Positions 8,783-18,252 of a DNA stretch of 23,343 bases are shown here, in pieces (positions within the stretch are counted from its first letter, which is position 1; the number at the start of each line of letters is the position of its first letter). Below the pieces are notes generated by a model. The model did no database searches and was not told the DNA's origin. It saw only the letters and a program-made list of their open reading frames with translations. Source of the stretch: a virus (taxonomy: Duplodnaviria > Heunggongvirae > Uroviricota > Caudoviricetes); the IMG/VR virus record IMGVR_UViG_2531839529_000008; one strand, written 5' to 3'. The translations under genes were made by a program, and so were the position numbers.

Positions 8783-8997
8783 CAAAGAAGATTTCCAATA
8801 ATCAGAACAAGTCGGCTCCTGTTTAGTTACGAGCGACATTGCTCAGTGTATTCACTCGTTGGAATGAATACACAGTGCAGTGTTTATTAGTATGCCTGTC
8901 TTTTAACCACATCAGGCTCGGTGGTTCTCGTGTACCCCTACAGCGAGAAATCGGATAAACTCTATTCACCCCTACAGAGAGCAAAAGAGAAACGCCG

Positions 8998-9579
8998 ATG
9001 AACAACTCATGGTGGCAGGAACTAATGCATTTTTTCCTGCAAGGAATGACACTTAAACAGTTGATTCATATGCTAATCATCCTAATCATATTGATTATTG
9101 TTATGCCTGTAAGCGTAAAAGAATGGATAAACCTGCATAATCCAGAAATCCTTCCTCATTACTGGATGTATTACATCCTGTTGTTTTGCGTTAGCTATGT
9201 GCTTAACGGCGTTGTTAATTCCGCTTATCACGCTGTGACTGAAAGAATTGAGATATTCGCTGCTCAGAAGCGCAAATCTAAAGAAGAGAAATACGTGCAA
9301 GATTTGTTTGATTCGTTAACTCTTGGAGAAAGAGCGTATTTGGCATTCGCTGTAGCCGCTAATAACCAGCTAAAGACAGAAAAGGGAAGCCCTGAAGCAA
9401 TCTCATTGCTCGAAAAAGGGCTTCTTATTCGGGTACCTTCTGCTACTGGATATCCTGAAATCGACCGTTTTGTTATCCCGGAACGCTATAGAAATGAGTG
9501 CTACATTAGGTTTGCTGGGAAGAAAGACAGTCTTATGGATGAACTTATCGCTCAGGATAAGCATGGCAAAAACAAGTAA
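8998..9579 (+). CDS. sieB: SieB-like superinfection exclusion membrane protein (193 aa)
   Basis: Track ORF; two strongly hydrophobic segments (LIHMLIILIILIIVMPV, YWMYYILLFCVSYVLNGVV); recognised as lambdoid SieB; convergent with N. Confidence 0.8.
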   Translation: MNNSWWQELMHFFLQGMTLKQLIHMLIILIILIIVMPVSVKEWINLHNPEILPHYWMYYILLFCVSYVLNGVVNSAYHAVTERIEIFAAQKRKSKEEKYVQDLFDSLTLGERAYLAFAVAANNQLKTEKGSPEAISLLEKGLLIRVPSATGYPEIDRFVIPERYRNECYIRFAGKKDSLMDELIAQDKHGKNK

Positions 9580-9595
9580 TTAGCAAATTAATTTA

Positions 9596-9868
9596 TCATC
9601 TCGCCGTCAGTTGTTTTGATTTCCGGTAGCCTGCCGCGTAAATGGCTACGTTTGGCAGGCAAATACTTCCACTGCATTCATCTGCCTTCTTGCAGCGAAG
9701 GCTTCCGAGTGATGCTGCTTTGTCTGCTCTGACGCAACCAGAGAGCTTTAGCGCAATTTTTCGCGCCAGTCGCTGTTCTTGCATTGCCTGCTCACGTTGA
9801 GCCTGTCTGCGTGCTCTGCGGCGATTTCTGGCGTTATCGTCAGCCAGATATGTAATGACTACTGCCAT
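9596..9868 (-). CDS. N: N-type transcription antiterminator (90 aa), not lambda N; resembles P22 gene 24 / phage 21 N
   Basis: Track ORF first gene downstream of PL/nutL; N-terminal arginine-rich motif NARNRRRARRQAQREQ; C-terminus LPNVAIYAAGYRKSKQLTAR resembles P22 gp24. Confidence 0.8.
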   Translation of the reverse strand: MAVVITYLADDNARNRRRARRQAQREQAMQEQRLARKIALKLSGCVRADKAASLGSLRCKKADECSGSICLPNVAIYAAGYRKSKQLTAR

Positions 9869-9975
9869 GTTGACCTCCGATGATTGACTTTGGCGGTGAC
9901 GCGCCGGGTGCTTATCTTCCGGTTGCCGTCGTGCAGCTGCACTTCACGTCACCCCAAAGCCAACTACTCTTTGGT

Positions 9976-10016
9976 TCCCGCATTTCGGCGGGACAATCCC
10001 ATCAATGTTAAAGAGC
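9976..10016 (-). promoter_or_regulatory. nutL: nutL: boxB hairpin (TCCCGCCGAAATGCGGGA on the minus strand, 9976-9993) and boxA-like GCTCTTTAACA (10006-10016)
   Basis: Identical 18-nt hairpin recurs at nutR (11127-11150); boxA-like element adjacent; location between PL and N. Confidence 0.7.
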
Positions 10017-10056
10017 CTGCCAATCTGTTCCGTTTGGCTACCAGCGTCCTGCCGAT

Positions 10057-10144
10057 GACTTAAATTTAAGATTTCTTTAACTATTGGTCAAGAGCGTTTT
10101 TGAAGAAAACTTAAATTTTGTTGCGAAGCTTAAGTTTTGCTTTG
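10057..10144 (-). promoter_or_regulatory. OL/PL region: PL -35 TTGACC (comp 10086-10091), 17-nt spacer, -10 TAAATT (comp 10063-10068); overlapping P22-type operator half-sites
   Basis: Promoter hexamers and operator ATTTAAGATTTCTTTAAC (10064-10081) read directly. Confidence 0.65.
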
Positions 10145-10150
10145 ATTTTT

Positions 10151-10180
10151 AAAGGAAAGAAAAAAAGGGGCGAATGCCCC
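10151..10180 (-). terminator. Rho-independent terminator immediately downstream of c2 (hairpin ggggcgaatgcccc plus U-run)
   Basis: Perfect inverted repeat 10167-10180 with an A-run at 10155-10166 on the plus strand, giving a U-run on the minus transcript. Confidence 0.7.
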
Positions 10181-10831
10181 TTATGGAAGGTTTGCTATTT
10201 TTGCATCGACAACTACACCGATGATTTTGCAGTTCCCGTTGATCTCAATCATCGGATATTGTGGGTTAAGTGGTTTTAGAAACCTTCTGCCAGCATCAAT
10301 AACTAACTTCTTGAAAGTTGCCTCGTTTTCTCCTTCGAGCTTTGCCACTACCAGCTTCCCATTACGAGGTTCTACTTCAGGATCGACTAGTATTATCATC
10401 CCTTCCGGGATGCTAAGACCGGCTGGAGCCGTCATCGAATCACCCTTTACGTCCAGCCAAAACGAATCTTCTGAACAATCTACGGTTGTATCGTACCAGT
10501 TATCTATTGCACGCTTATGATATGGCTCTACAGCTTCCATCCAACATCCTGCGCTTACCCAACTAATTAGAGGATACGAACCTCTTGGATCATGCCTGCT
10601 GTGATAGGCAATGTTTGAAAGACTATCTTCTCCTTTCAACAAGTAATCAGGGGAGCACTGTAAAGCCTTGGCTAAAGCCAATAGGTTTTCGCCATTGGGC
10701 TCAGTTTCAGAACGCTCCCATTGGGAAATAGCAACATTAGACACGCCAACCATCTTGCCAAGGGCAGCCTGCCTAATCTTAAGTTCTTTTCTGCGAGCGC
10801 GAATACGCTCACCCATCAGTTGTGTATTCAT
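10181..10831 (-). CDS. c2: P22 C2-type phage repressor (HTH N-domain, LexA-like autocleavage C-domain)
   Basis: 216-aa ORF; translation recognised as near-identical to P22 C2 (QAALGKMVGVSNVAISQWERSE helix-turn-helix). Confidence 0.93.
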   Translation of the reverse strand: MNTQLMGERIRARRKELKIRQAALGKMVGVSNVAISQWERSETEPNGENLLALAKALQCSPDYLLKGEDSLSNIAYHSRHDPRGSYPLISWVSAGCWMEAVEPYHKRAIDNWYDTTVDCSEDSFWLDVKGDSMTAPAGLSIPEGMIILVDPEVEPRNGKLVVAKLEGENEATFKKLVIDAGRRFLKPLNPQYPMIEINGNCKIIGVVVDAKIANLP

Positions 10832-10911
10832 AGTTAAGACATCTTAAATAAACTTGACTTAAGATTCCTTTGATAGATAATTTAAGTGTTCTTTAATTTC
10901 GGAGCGAGTCT
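10832..10911. promoter_or_regulatory. OR region with three 18-bp operators (10832-10849, 10857-10874, 10880-10897) and PR (-35 TTGACT 10854-10859, -10 ATAATT 10877-10882)
   Basis: Operator half-site pattern AnTnAAG-N4-CTTnAnT read three times; PR has a 17-nt spacer and faces cro. Confidence 0.75.
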
Positions 10912-11097
10912 ATGTACAAGAAAGATGTTATCGACCACTTCGGAACCCAGCGTGCGGTAGCTAAAGCGTTAGGCATTAGCGATGCAGCAGTCTCTCAGTG
11001 GAAGGAAGTCATCCCAGAGAAAGACGCCTATCGACTGGAAGTCGTTACAGCTGGCGCCCTGAAGTATCAAGAAAGTGCTTATCGCAAAGCGGCATAA
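10912..11097 (+). CDS. cro: Cro, P22 type (61 aa)
   Basis: Track ORF; translation recognised as P22 Cro. Confidence 0.93.
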   Translation: MYKKDVIDHFGTQRAVAKALGISDAAVSQWKEVIPEKDAYRLEVVTAGALKYQESAYRKAA

Positions 11098-11103
11098 GCA
11101 AAT

Positions 11104-11150
11104 TGCTCTTTAACAGTCATGGTCCTTATTCCCGCCGAAATGCGGGAATA
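11104..11150 (+). promoter_or_regulatory. nutR: nutR: boxA-like TGCTCTTTAACA (11104-11115) and boxB hairpin (11127-11150)
   Basis: Same boxB core as nutL, downstream of cro. Confidence 0.7.
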
Positions 11151-11205
11151 CAACGCGCATCAGTTGGTGCGTATAACTTCTTATTTGTTAAGGAAATACT
11201 TACAT

Positions 11206-11484
11206 ATGCAACTTACAAGTACTCGCAAGAAAGCGAATGCAATCACAAGCAACATCCTGAATCGAATTGCTGTACGTGGTCAGCGAAAGGTTGCTGATGC
11301 ATTAGGGATTAATGAATCGCAAATTTCGCGATGGAAAGACAGCTTTATCCCAAAGATGGCCATGCTTCTGGCTGTGCTGGAGTGGGGTGTTGAAGACGAG
11401 GAATTAGCAAAGCTAGCAAAGAAAGTAGCCATGGTGCTGACAAAAGAAAAGCCTCAAGACTGCTGCAACAGTTTTGAGGCCTGA
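11206..11484 (+). CDS. c1: C1 (lambda CII-like) lysogeny establishment activator, 92 aa
   Basis: Internal start of track ORF 11119-11484 (MQLTSTRKK...), preceded by AAGGA; shares the CII-family motif SQISRWK...MLLAVLEWGV. Confidence 0.85.
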   Translation: MQLTSTRKKANAITSNILNRIAVRGQRKVADALGINESQISRWKDSFIPKMAMLLAVLEWGVEDEELAKLAKKVAMVLTKEKPQDCCNSFEA

Positions 11485-11508
11485 TGTAGAAAGACTGGAT
11501 CAATCCAC
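11441..11508 (-). ncRNA. oop: Candidate OOP-like antisense RNA overlapping the 3' end of c1, with terminator hairpin at 11451-11480
   Basis: Minus-strand hairpin followed by a U-rich run (plus 11441-11450 caaaagaaaa); 5' end placed by analogy to lambda pO; lambda-like sequence around the O start. Confidence 0.4.
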
Positions 11509-11518
11509 AGGAGTCATT

Positions 11519-12418
11519 ATGACAAATACAGCAAAAATACTCAACTTCGGCAGAGGTAACTTTACCGGACAGGAGCGTAATGTGGCAGATCTCGATGATG
11601 GTTACGCCAGACTATCAAATATGCTGCTTGAGGCTTATTCAGGCGCAGATCTGACCAAGCGACAGTTTAAAGTGCTGCTTGCCATTCTGCGTAAAACCTA
11701 TGGGTGGAATAAACCAATGGACAGAATCACCGATTCTCAACTTAGCGAGATTACAAAGTTACCTGTCAAACGGTGCAATGAAGCCAAGTTAGAACTCGTC
11801 AGAATGAATATTATCAAGCAGCAAGGCGGCATGTTTGGACCAAATAAAAACATCTCAGAATGGTGTATCCCTCAAAACGAGGGAAAATCCCCTAAAACGA
11901 GGGATAAAACATCCCTCAAATTGGGGGATTGCTATCCCTCAAAACAGGGGGACACAAAAGACACTATTACAAAAGAAAAAAGAAAAGATTATTCGTCCGA
12001 GAATTCTGGCGAATCCTCTGACCAGCCAGAAAACGATCTTTCTGTGGTTAAACCGGATGCTGCAATTCAGAGCGGCAGTAAGTGGGGAACAGCAGAAGAC
12101 CTGACCGCCGCAGAGTGGATGTTTGACATGGTGAAGACCATCGCGCCATCAGCCAGAAAACCGAATTTTGCTGGGTGGGCTAACGATATCCGCCTGATGC
12201 GTGAACGTGACGGACGTAACCACCGCGATATGTGTGTGCTTTTCCGCTGGGCCTGCCAGGACAACTTCTGGTCCGGTAACGTGCTGAGTCCGGCCAAACT
12301 CCGCGACAAGTGGACCCAGCTCGAAATCAACCGTAACAAGCAACAGGCTGGCGTGACAGCCGGAAAACCAAAACTCGACCTGACAAACACTGACTGGATT
12401 TACGGGGTGGATCTATGA
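11519..12418 (+). CDS. O: Replication initiator O, lambda type (299 aa)
   Basis: Translation from MTNTAKILNF recognised as lambda O; contains the ori iterons. Confidence 0.95.
   Translation: MTNTAKILNFGRGNFTGQERNVADLDDGYARLSNMLLEAYSGADLTKRQFKVLLAILRKTYGWNKPMDRITDSQLSEITKLPVKRCNEAKLELVRMNIIKQQGGMFGPNKNISEWCIPQNEGKSPKTRDKTSLKLGDCYPSKQGDTKDTITKEKRKDYSSENSGESSDQPENDLSVVKPDAAIQSGSKWGTAEDLTAAEWMFDMVKTIAPSARKPNFAGWANDIRLMRERDGRNHRDMCVLFRWACQDNFWSGNVLSPAKLRDKWTQLEINRNKQQAGVTAGKPKLDLTNTDWIYGVDL
11867..11952 (+). repeat. Lambda-type replication origin: four about 18-bp iterons (ATCCCTCAAAACGAGGGA-like) inside O, followed by an A/T-rich stretch
   Basis: Four tandem degenerate copies read directly at about 11867-11884, 11888-11904, 11910-11927 and 11933-11952. 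Confidence 0.9.
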
Positions 12419-13116
12419 AAAACATCGCCGCACAGATGGTTAACTTTGACCGTGAGCAGATGCGTCGGATCGCCAACAACATGCCGGAACAGTACGACGA
12501 AAAGCCACAGGTACAGCAGGTAGCGCAGATCATCAACGGTGTGTTCAGCCAGTTACTGGCAACTTTCCCGGCGAGTCTGGCTAACCGTGACCAGAACGAA
12601 CTGAACGAAATCCGCCGCCAGTGGGTTCTGGCTTTCCGGGAAAACGGGATCACCACAATGGAACAGGTTAACGCAGGAATGCGCGTAGCCCGTCGGCAGA
12701 ATCGACCATTTCTGCCATCACCCGGGCAGTTTGTTGCATGGTGCCGGGAAGAAGCATCCGTTATCGCCGGACTGCCAAACGTCAGCGAGCTGGTTGATAT
12801 GGTTTACGAGTATTGCCGGAAGCGAGGCCTGTATCCGGATGCGGAGTCTTATCCGTGGAAATCAAACGCGCACTACTGGCTGGTTACCAACCTGTATCAG
12901 AACATGCGGGCCAATGCGCTTACTGATGCGGAATTACGGCGCAAGGCTGCCGATGAACTGACCTGTATGACAGCGCGAATTAACCGTGGTGAGACGATAC
13001 CTGAACCAGTAAAACAACTTCCTGTTATGGGCGGTAGACCTCTAAATCGTGCACAGGCTCTGGCGAAGATCGCAGAAATTAAAGCTAAGTTCGGACTGAA
13101 AGGAGCAAGTGTATGA
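12415..13116 (+). CDS. P: Replication protein P (DnaB helicase loader), lambda type
   Basis: 233-aa ORF; start overlaps the O stop (ATGA); translation recognised as lambda P. Confidence 0.95.
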   Translation: MKNIAAQMVNFDREQMRRIANNMPEQYDEKPQVQQVAQIINGVFSQLLATFPASLANRDQNELNEIRRQWVLAFRENGITTMEQVNAGMRVARRQNRPFLPSPGQFVAWCREEASVIAGLPNVSELVDMVYEYCRKRGLYPDAESYPWKSNAHYWLVTNLYQNMRANALTDAELRRKAADELTCMTARINRGETIPEPVKQLPVMGGRPLNRAQALAKIAEIKAKFGLKGASV

Positions 13117-13403
13117 CGGGCAAAGAGGCAATTATTCATTACCTGGGGACGCATAATAGCTTCTGTGCGCCGGACGTTGCCGCGCTAACAGGCGCAACAG
13201 TAACCAGCATAAATCAGGCCGCGGCTAAAATGGCACGGGCAGGTCTTCTGGTTATCGAAGGTAAGGTCTGGCGAACGGTGTATTACCGGTTTGCTACCAG
13301 GGAAGAACGGGAAGGAAAGATGAGCACGAACCTGATTTTTAAGGAGTGTCGCCAGAGTGCCGCGATGAAACGGGTATTGGCGGTATATGGAGTTAAAAGA
13401 TGA
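13113..13403 (+). CDS. ren: Ren (96 aa)
   Basis: Track ORF overlapping the P stop; recognised as lambda Ren. Confidence 0.85.
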   Translation: MTGKEAIIHYLGTHNSFCAPDVAALTGATVTSINQAAAKMARAGLLVIEGKVWRTVYYRFATREEREGKMSTNLIFKECRQSAAMKRVLAVYGVKR

Positions 13404-13428
13404 CCATCTACATTACTGAGCTAATAAC

Positions 13429-13460
13429 AGGCCTGCTGGTAATCGCAGGCCTTTTTATTT
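13429..13460 (+). terminator. Rho-independent terminator between ren and ninB (tR2 position)
   Basis: Hairpin aggcctgc...gcaggcct (13429-13452) followed by TTTTTATTT. Confidence 0.7.
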
Positions 13461-13476
13461 GGGGGAGAGGGAAGTC

Positions 13477-13913
13477 ATGAAAAAACTAACCTTTGAAATT
13501 CGATCTCCAGCACATCAGCAAAACGCTATTCACGCAGTACAGCAAATCCTTCCAGACCCAACCAAACCAATCGTAGTAACCATTCAGGAACGCAACCGCA
13601 GCTTAGACCAAAACAGGAAGCTATGGGCCTGCTTAGGTGACGTCTCTCGTCAGGTTGAATGGCATGGTCGCTGGCTGGATGCAGAAAGCTGGAAGTGTGT
13701 GTTTACCGCAGCATTAAAGCAGCAGGATGTTGTTCCTAACCTTGCCGGGAATGGCTTTGTGGTAATAGGCCAGTCAACCAGCAGGATGCGTGTAGGCGAA
13801 TTTGCGGAGCTATTAGAGCTTATACAGGCATTCGGTACAGAGCGTGGCGTTAAGTGGTCAGACGAAGCGAGACTGGCTCTGGAGTGGAAAGCGAGATGGG
13901 GAGATCGGGCTGC

Positions 13914-13917
<4 letters not shown>
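13477..13917 (+). CDS. ninB: NinB (146 aa)
   Basis: Internal start MKKLTFEIRSP of track ORF 13459-13917; recognised as lambda NinB. Confidence 0.9.
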
Positions 13918-15564
<1,647 letters not shown>

Positions 15565-15690
15565 TATGGCACCTGTGTTGTTCTGAGGTGAGCATATCAC
15601 CTCTGTTCAGGTGGCCAAATTCAGTAAACCACAACATACCGTATCCAAAGCGGCATTGATGGCGATCGGGCAGGGCGTCAGGAGGGCGGC

Positions 15691-15867
15691 ATGAGGCGAC
15701 AGCGACGAAGTTTCACCGACATCATCTGCGAAAACTGCAAATACCTTCCAACGAAACGCTCCAGAAATAAACGCAAGCCAATCCCAAAAGAATCTGACGT
15801 AAAAACCTTCAATTACACAGCTCACCTGTGGGATATCCGGTGGCTAAGATATCGTGCGAGGAAATGA
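15691..15867 (+). CDS. ninE: NinE (58 aa)
   Basis: Hand translation [58 protein letters not shown]; below the track cutoff; recognised as lambdoid NinE. Confidence 0.75.
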   Translation: MRRQRRSFTDIICENCKYLPTKRSRNKRKPIPKESDVKTFNYTAHLWDIRWLRYRARK

Positions 15868-16211
15868 CAATGGATTATTCACAGTTAAGTGATTTTGAAA
15901 TTAACAGAATGGTAGGAGACATAATTTTTAAAGGCCTTTGGGCAAGTAAACCGGAAACATCAGGGAATAACACCAACAAATGGTATTACGGAAATGCTGA
16001 TACAACTTTTGAGCCATTAAATCATTTGCCTGACTACTGCAATGATCCGAGCGCTTCATGGCCGATTATTGAGAAATACAGGATTTCTATCTTAGACCAG
16101 TTAACTGAATGGTGTGTGGATGCAAAAGGCGTAAGCCCAATATTTGATACCAGACCTCTCCGCGCCGCCATGATTGTCTTTCTCCTGATGCAGGAGGCCA
16201 ATAATGCTTAG
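15864..16211 (+). CDS. Hypothetical nin-region protein (115 aa)
   Basis: Internal start (MTMDYSQ...) of track ORF 15828-16211, overlapping the ninE stop. Confidence 0.55.
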   Translation: MTMDYSQLSDFEINRMVGDIIFKGLWASKPETSGNNTNKWYYGNADTTFEPLNHLPDYCNDPSASWPIIEKYRISILDQLTEWCVDAKGVSPIFDTRPLRAAMIVFLLMQEANNA

Positions 16212-16398
16212 CCCATCTCAATCCCTTCAATACCTGAAAGGAAGCATAGAGCGGGCTTCAATGTGCACAGAGTGGATTCTATCTAGGTTTAGCGCATACA
16301 GAAGATTGCCGGTAAAGGGCATGCCAAGCAAGTCGATGCTGCATATGCAAAAGAATGCGCGCTGGAAGGTATGGCGAGAACACAGGTTATCTGGCTGA
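16204..16398 (+). CDS. NinF-like small protein (64 aa)
   Basis: Track ORF; N-terminus [10 protein letters not shown] resembles NinF; start overlaps the preceding stop. Confidence 0.45.
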   Translation: MLSPSQSLQYLKGSIERASMCTEWILSRFSAYRRLPVKGMPSKSMLHMQKNARWKVWREHRLSG

Positions 16399-16417
16399 AA
16401 GAGGGGGTTATTAAGGC

Positions 16418-16780
16418 GTGAATACCTACAGCATCACATTACCCTGGCCTCCGAGCAATAATCGCTATTACCGCCATAATCGCGGGCGCACGCACGTCAG
16501 CGCAGAGGGGCAGGCATACCGCGATAACGTCGCCCGAATCATTAAAAACGCAATGCTGGATATCGGCCTGGCTATGCCTGTGAAAATCCGCATTGAGTGC
16601 CACATGCCGGATCGCCGTCGCCGTGACCTGGATAATCTGCAAAAAGCCGCTTTTGACGCACTCACTAAAGCAGGTTTCTGGCTGGATGATGCTCAGGTCG
16701 TTGATTACCGCGTTGTGAAGATGCCTGTTACCAAAGGTGGGAGGCTGGAACTGACCATCACCGAAATGGGGAATGAATGA
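16418..16780 (+). CDS. rusA: RusA Holliday-junction resolvase
   Basis: 120-aa ORF recognised as E. coli DLP12 RusA. Confidence 0.93.
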   Translation: MNTYSITLPWPPSNNRYYRHNRGRTHVSAEGQAYRDNVARIIKNAMLDIGLAMPVKIRIECHMPDRRRRDLDNLQKAAFDALTKAGFWLDDAQVVDYRVVKMPVTKGGRLELTITEMGNE

Positions 16781-16917
16781 TGTTTGAGTTTAATATGGCA
16801 GAACTTCTTCGCCACCGCTGGGGGCGTCTGCGCTTATATCGTTTCCCCGGTTCTGTTTTGACCGATTACCGAATACTGAAGAATTACGCCAAAACACTGA
16901 CAGGAGCAGGAGTATGA
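16777..16917 (+). CDS. ylcG: YlcG-like small protein (46 aa)
   Basis: Hand translation [46 protein letters not shown]; start overlaps the rusA stop. Confidence 0.5.
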   Translation: MMFEFNMAELLRHRWGRLRLYRFPGSVLTDYRILKNYAKTLTGAGV

Positions 16918-17002
16918 AGTCAGAGATAACAATCAACTAATACTGTTTTGTTGATTTTTGCTTGTAATTGGCGTTCTGGTCTGAGTTTTGTGGAGTAAGT
17001 TG

Positions 17003-17380
17003 ATGCGTGATATTCAGATGGTTCTTGAGCGTTGGGGAGCGTGGGCGGCTAATAATCATGAAGATGTGACCTGGTCGTCCATTGCCGCCGGTTTTAAGGG
17101 ATTAATTCCTTCAAAAGTAAAATCTCGCCCACAATGTTGTGACGATGACGCGATGATCATTTGCGGGTGCATGGCCCGTCTGAAAAAGAACAACAGCGAT
17201 TTGCATGATTTATTGGTGGACTATTATGTCGGCGGCATGACTTTTATGGCGCTTGCACGTAAGCATGGGCGATCTGATTGTTGGGTTGGCAGGATGCTTC
17301 AGAAAGCTGAGGGCGTAGTGGAGGGTATGCTGATGGTGTTGGATCTCCGATTGGAGATGGATGCTGATTGTTCGAAATAA
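17003..17380 (+). CDS. Q: Late-gene antiterminator Q, phage 82 / DLP12 QuuD type
   Basis: Track ORF 16988-17380 with likely start [18 protein letters not shown]; recognised as QuuD-like. Confidence 0.85.
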   Translation: MRDIQMVLERWGAWAANNHEDVTWSSIAAGFKGLIPSKVKSRPQCCDDDAMIICGCMARLKKNNSDLHDLLVDYYVGGMTFMALARKHGRSDCWVGRMLQKAEGVVEGMLMVLDLRLEMDADCSK

Positions 17381-17479
17381 TTAAAGGAAAAGTTGCTGTC
17401 TGATTGTCATTAGTCTAACATTTTAAATGTTGGAATCACAACGTAGTTATTATCATATAACAGCTTGTTTCCTGATTTA
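17381..17479 (+). promoter_or_regulatory. Inferred PR'/qut late promoter region between Q and the downstream hairpin
   Basis: Position only, by analogy with lambdoid late regulation; promoter hexamers not confidently assigned. Confidence 0.3.
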
Positions 17480-17508
17480 GCCAGCCTCCCCAAAGGCTGG
17501 TTTTTTTC
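17480..17508 (+). terminator. Rho-independent terminator (tR'-like) downstream of Q
   Basis: Hairpin ccagcc-tccccaaa-ggctgg followed by TTTTTTT (17501-17507). Confidence 0.7.
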
Positions 17509-17535
17509 TAATAAGTATTATTTCGGGTAGGGATT

Positions 17536-18060
17536 TTATTGTTTAACCCATAATAATTCATTGACATTGAATCCCAACTTTTGAGCGGTTCGCACATAGT
17601 CTGCTTTTACTTTATCTGGAATAGTTGGGGTCCTTGCCAGAATCCATAGGTATTCTCTGTTCGGACCACTGACAAGAGCATACTTATACTCATCATCCAG
17701 TTTGATTACATTATAGCCACCATAGAAGGGGCCAAAAAACGAAACCTTCAATGCTGCAGTTTTAGTATCTCCAGTAAAGTATGCTTTACCTTCGCTCTCG
17801 CTCCATTTATTTTTCGTTGGATCGTATCCACGGTTAAGTACACGAATCCCTCCGTCGTTCCGTTTTCCATAAGTAGCGCTGACCTGTTCCAGACCACGTT
17901 CGAACCGGTTCTCGAGGCGAGCTATTTCATACCATTTTCCGAGGTAGCGGTTGGCGTCAAAATTTGTAATCGGCTGCACACCTTTAGGTGGTGTCGGGGC
18001 CTTACATGCTATAAGAGTGAAAGAGAGTGCAATGCCAGTCAACACAGGCCATAACTTCAT
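17536..18060 (-). CDS. Blc-like bacterial lipocalin, outer-membrane lipoprotein (174 aa)
   Basis: Track ORF; lipobox LIAC; lipocalin motifs (NFDANRYLGKWYEIAR, TAALKVSFFGPFYGGYNVI) recognised as a paralogue of E. coli Blc; transcribed opposite to late genes. Confidence 0.85.
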   Translation of the reverse strand: MKLWPVLTGIALSFTLIACKAPTPPKGVQPITNFDANRYLGKWYEIARLENRFERGLEQVSATYGKRNDGGIRVLNRGYDPTKNKWSESEGKAYFTGDTKTAALKVSFFGPFYGGYNVIKLDDEYKYALVSGPNREYLWILARTPTIPDKVKADYVRTAQKLGFNVNELLWVKQ

Positions 18061-18252
18061 AATAAATCCTGTACTTTTGATAGTTGAGAGTAAGTATGAA
18101 AGATAGATGATTACGACCGATCACTTAAAGAACTTTCATACTATATTAGGAATAGTCCATAACAGAAAAATTGTCAGTGATGACGCCAGAAAGGCAATTT
18201 ATTCCGTGCACTACACAGTTTATGTGTTAATGAATTAGTCAAGGGGGAGAAT

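Noticed and set aside
8823-9005. Minus-strand 60-aa ORF between ea10 and sieB
   Set aside because: Junk-like translation, overlaps the sieB start region and lies beside the terminator hairpin; not convincingly Ral-like.
9869-10180. Expectation of rexA/rexB between N and the repressor
   Set aside because: Only about 310 bp of regulatory DNA (nutL, PL/OL, terminator) is present; rex is specific to lambda-immunity phages and is not expected in a P22-type module.
11867-11952. Tandem repeats that could be mistaken for a CRISPR array
   Set aside because: They are four about 18-bp iterons with no spacers, inside the O gene, followed by an A/T-rich stretch, which is the lambda origin.
12067-13154. 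Minus-strand ORFs (107, 64, 109 and 85 aa) and a plus-strand 76-aa ORF across O and P
   Set aside because: They overlap the lambda-type O and P coding sequences out of frame.
15598-15640. IS911 left end truncated with an adjacent deletion of nin genes
   Set aside because: The end is a full imperfect inverted repeat, the IS is exactly 1250 bp, and 3-bp TAC direct repeats flank it, so this is a simple insertion.
15607-15825. Minus-strand 72-aa ORF
   Set aside because: Antisense to ninE, which is recognisable on the plus strand.
16439-16665. Minus-strand ORFs inside rusA
   Set aside because: Antisense to the RusA gene.
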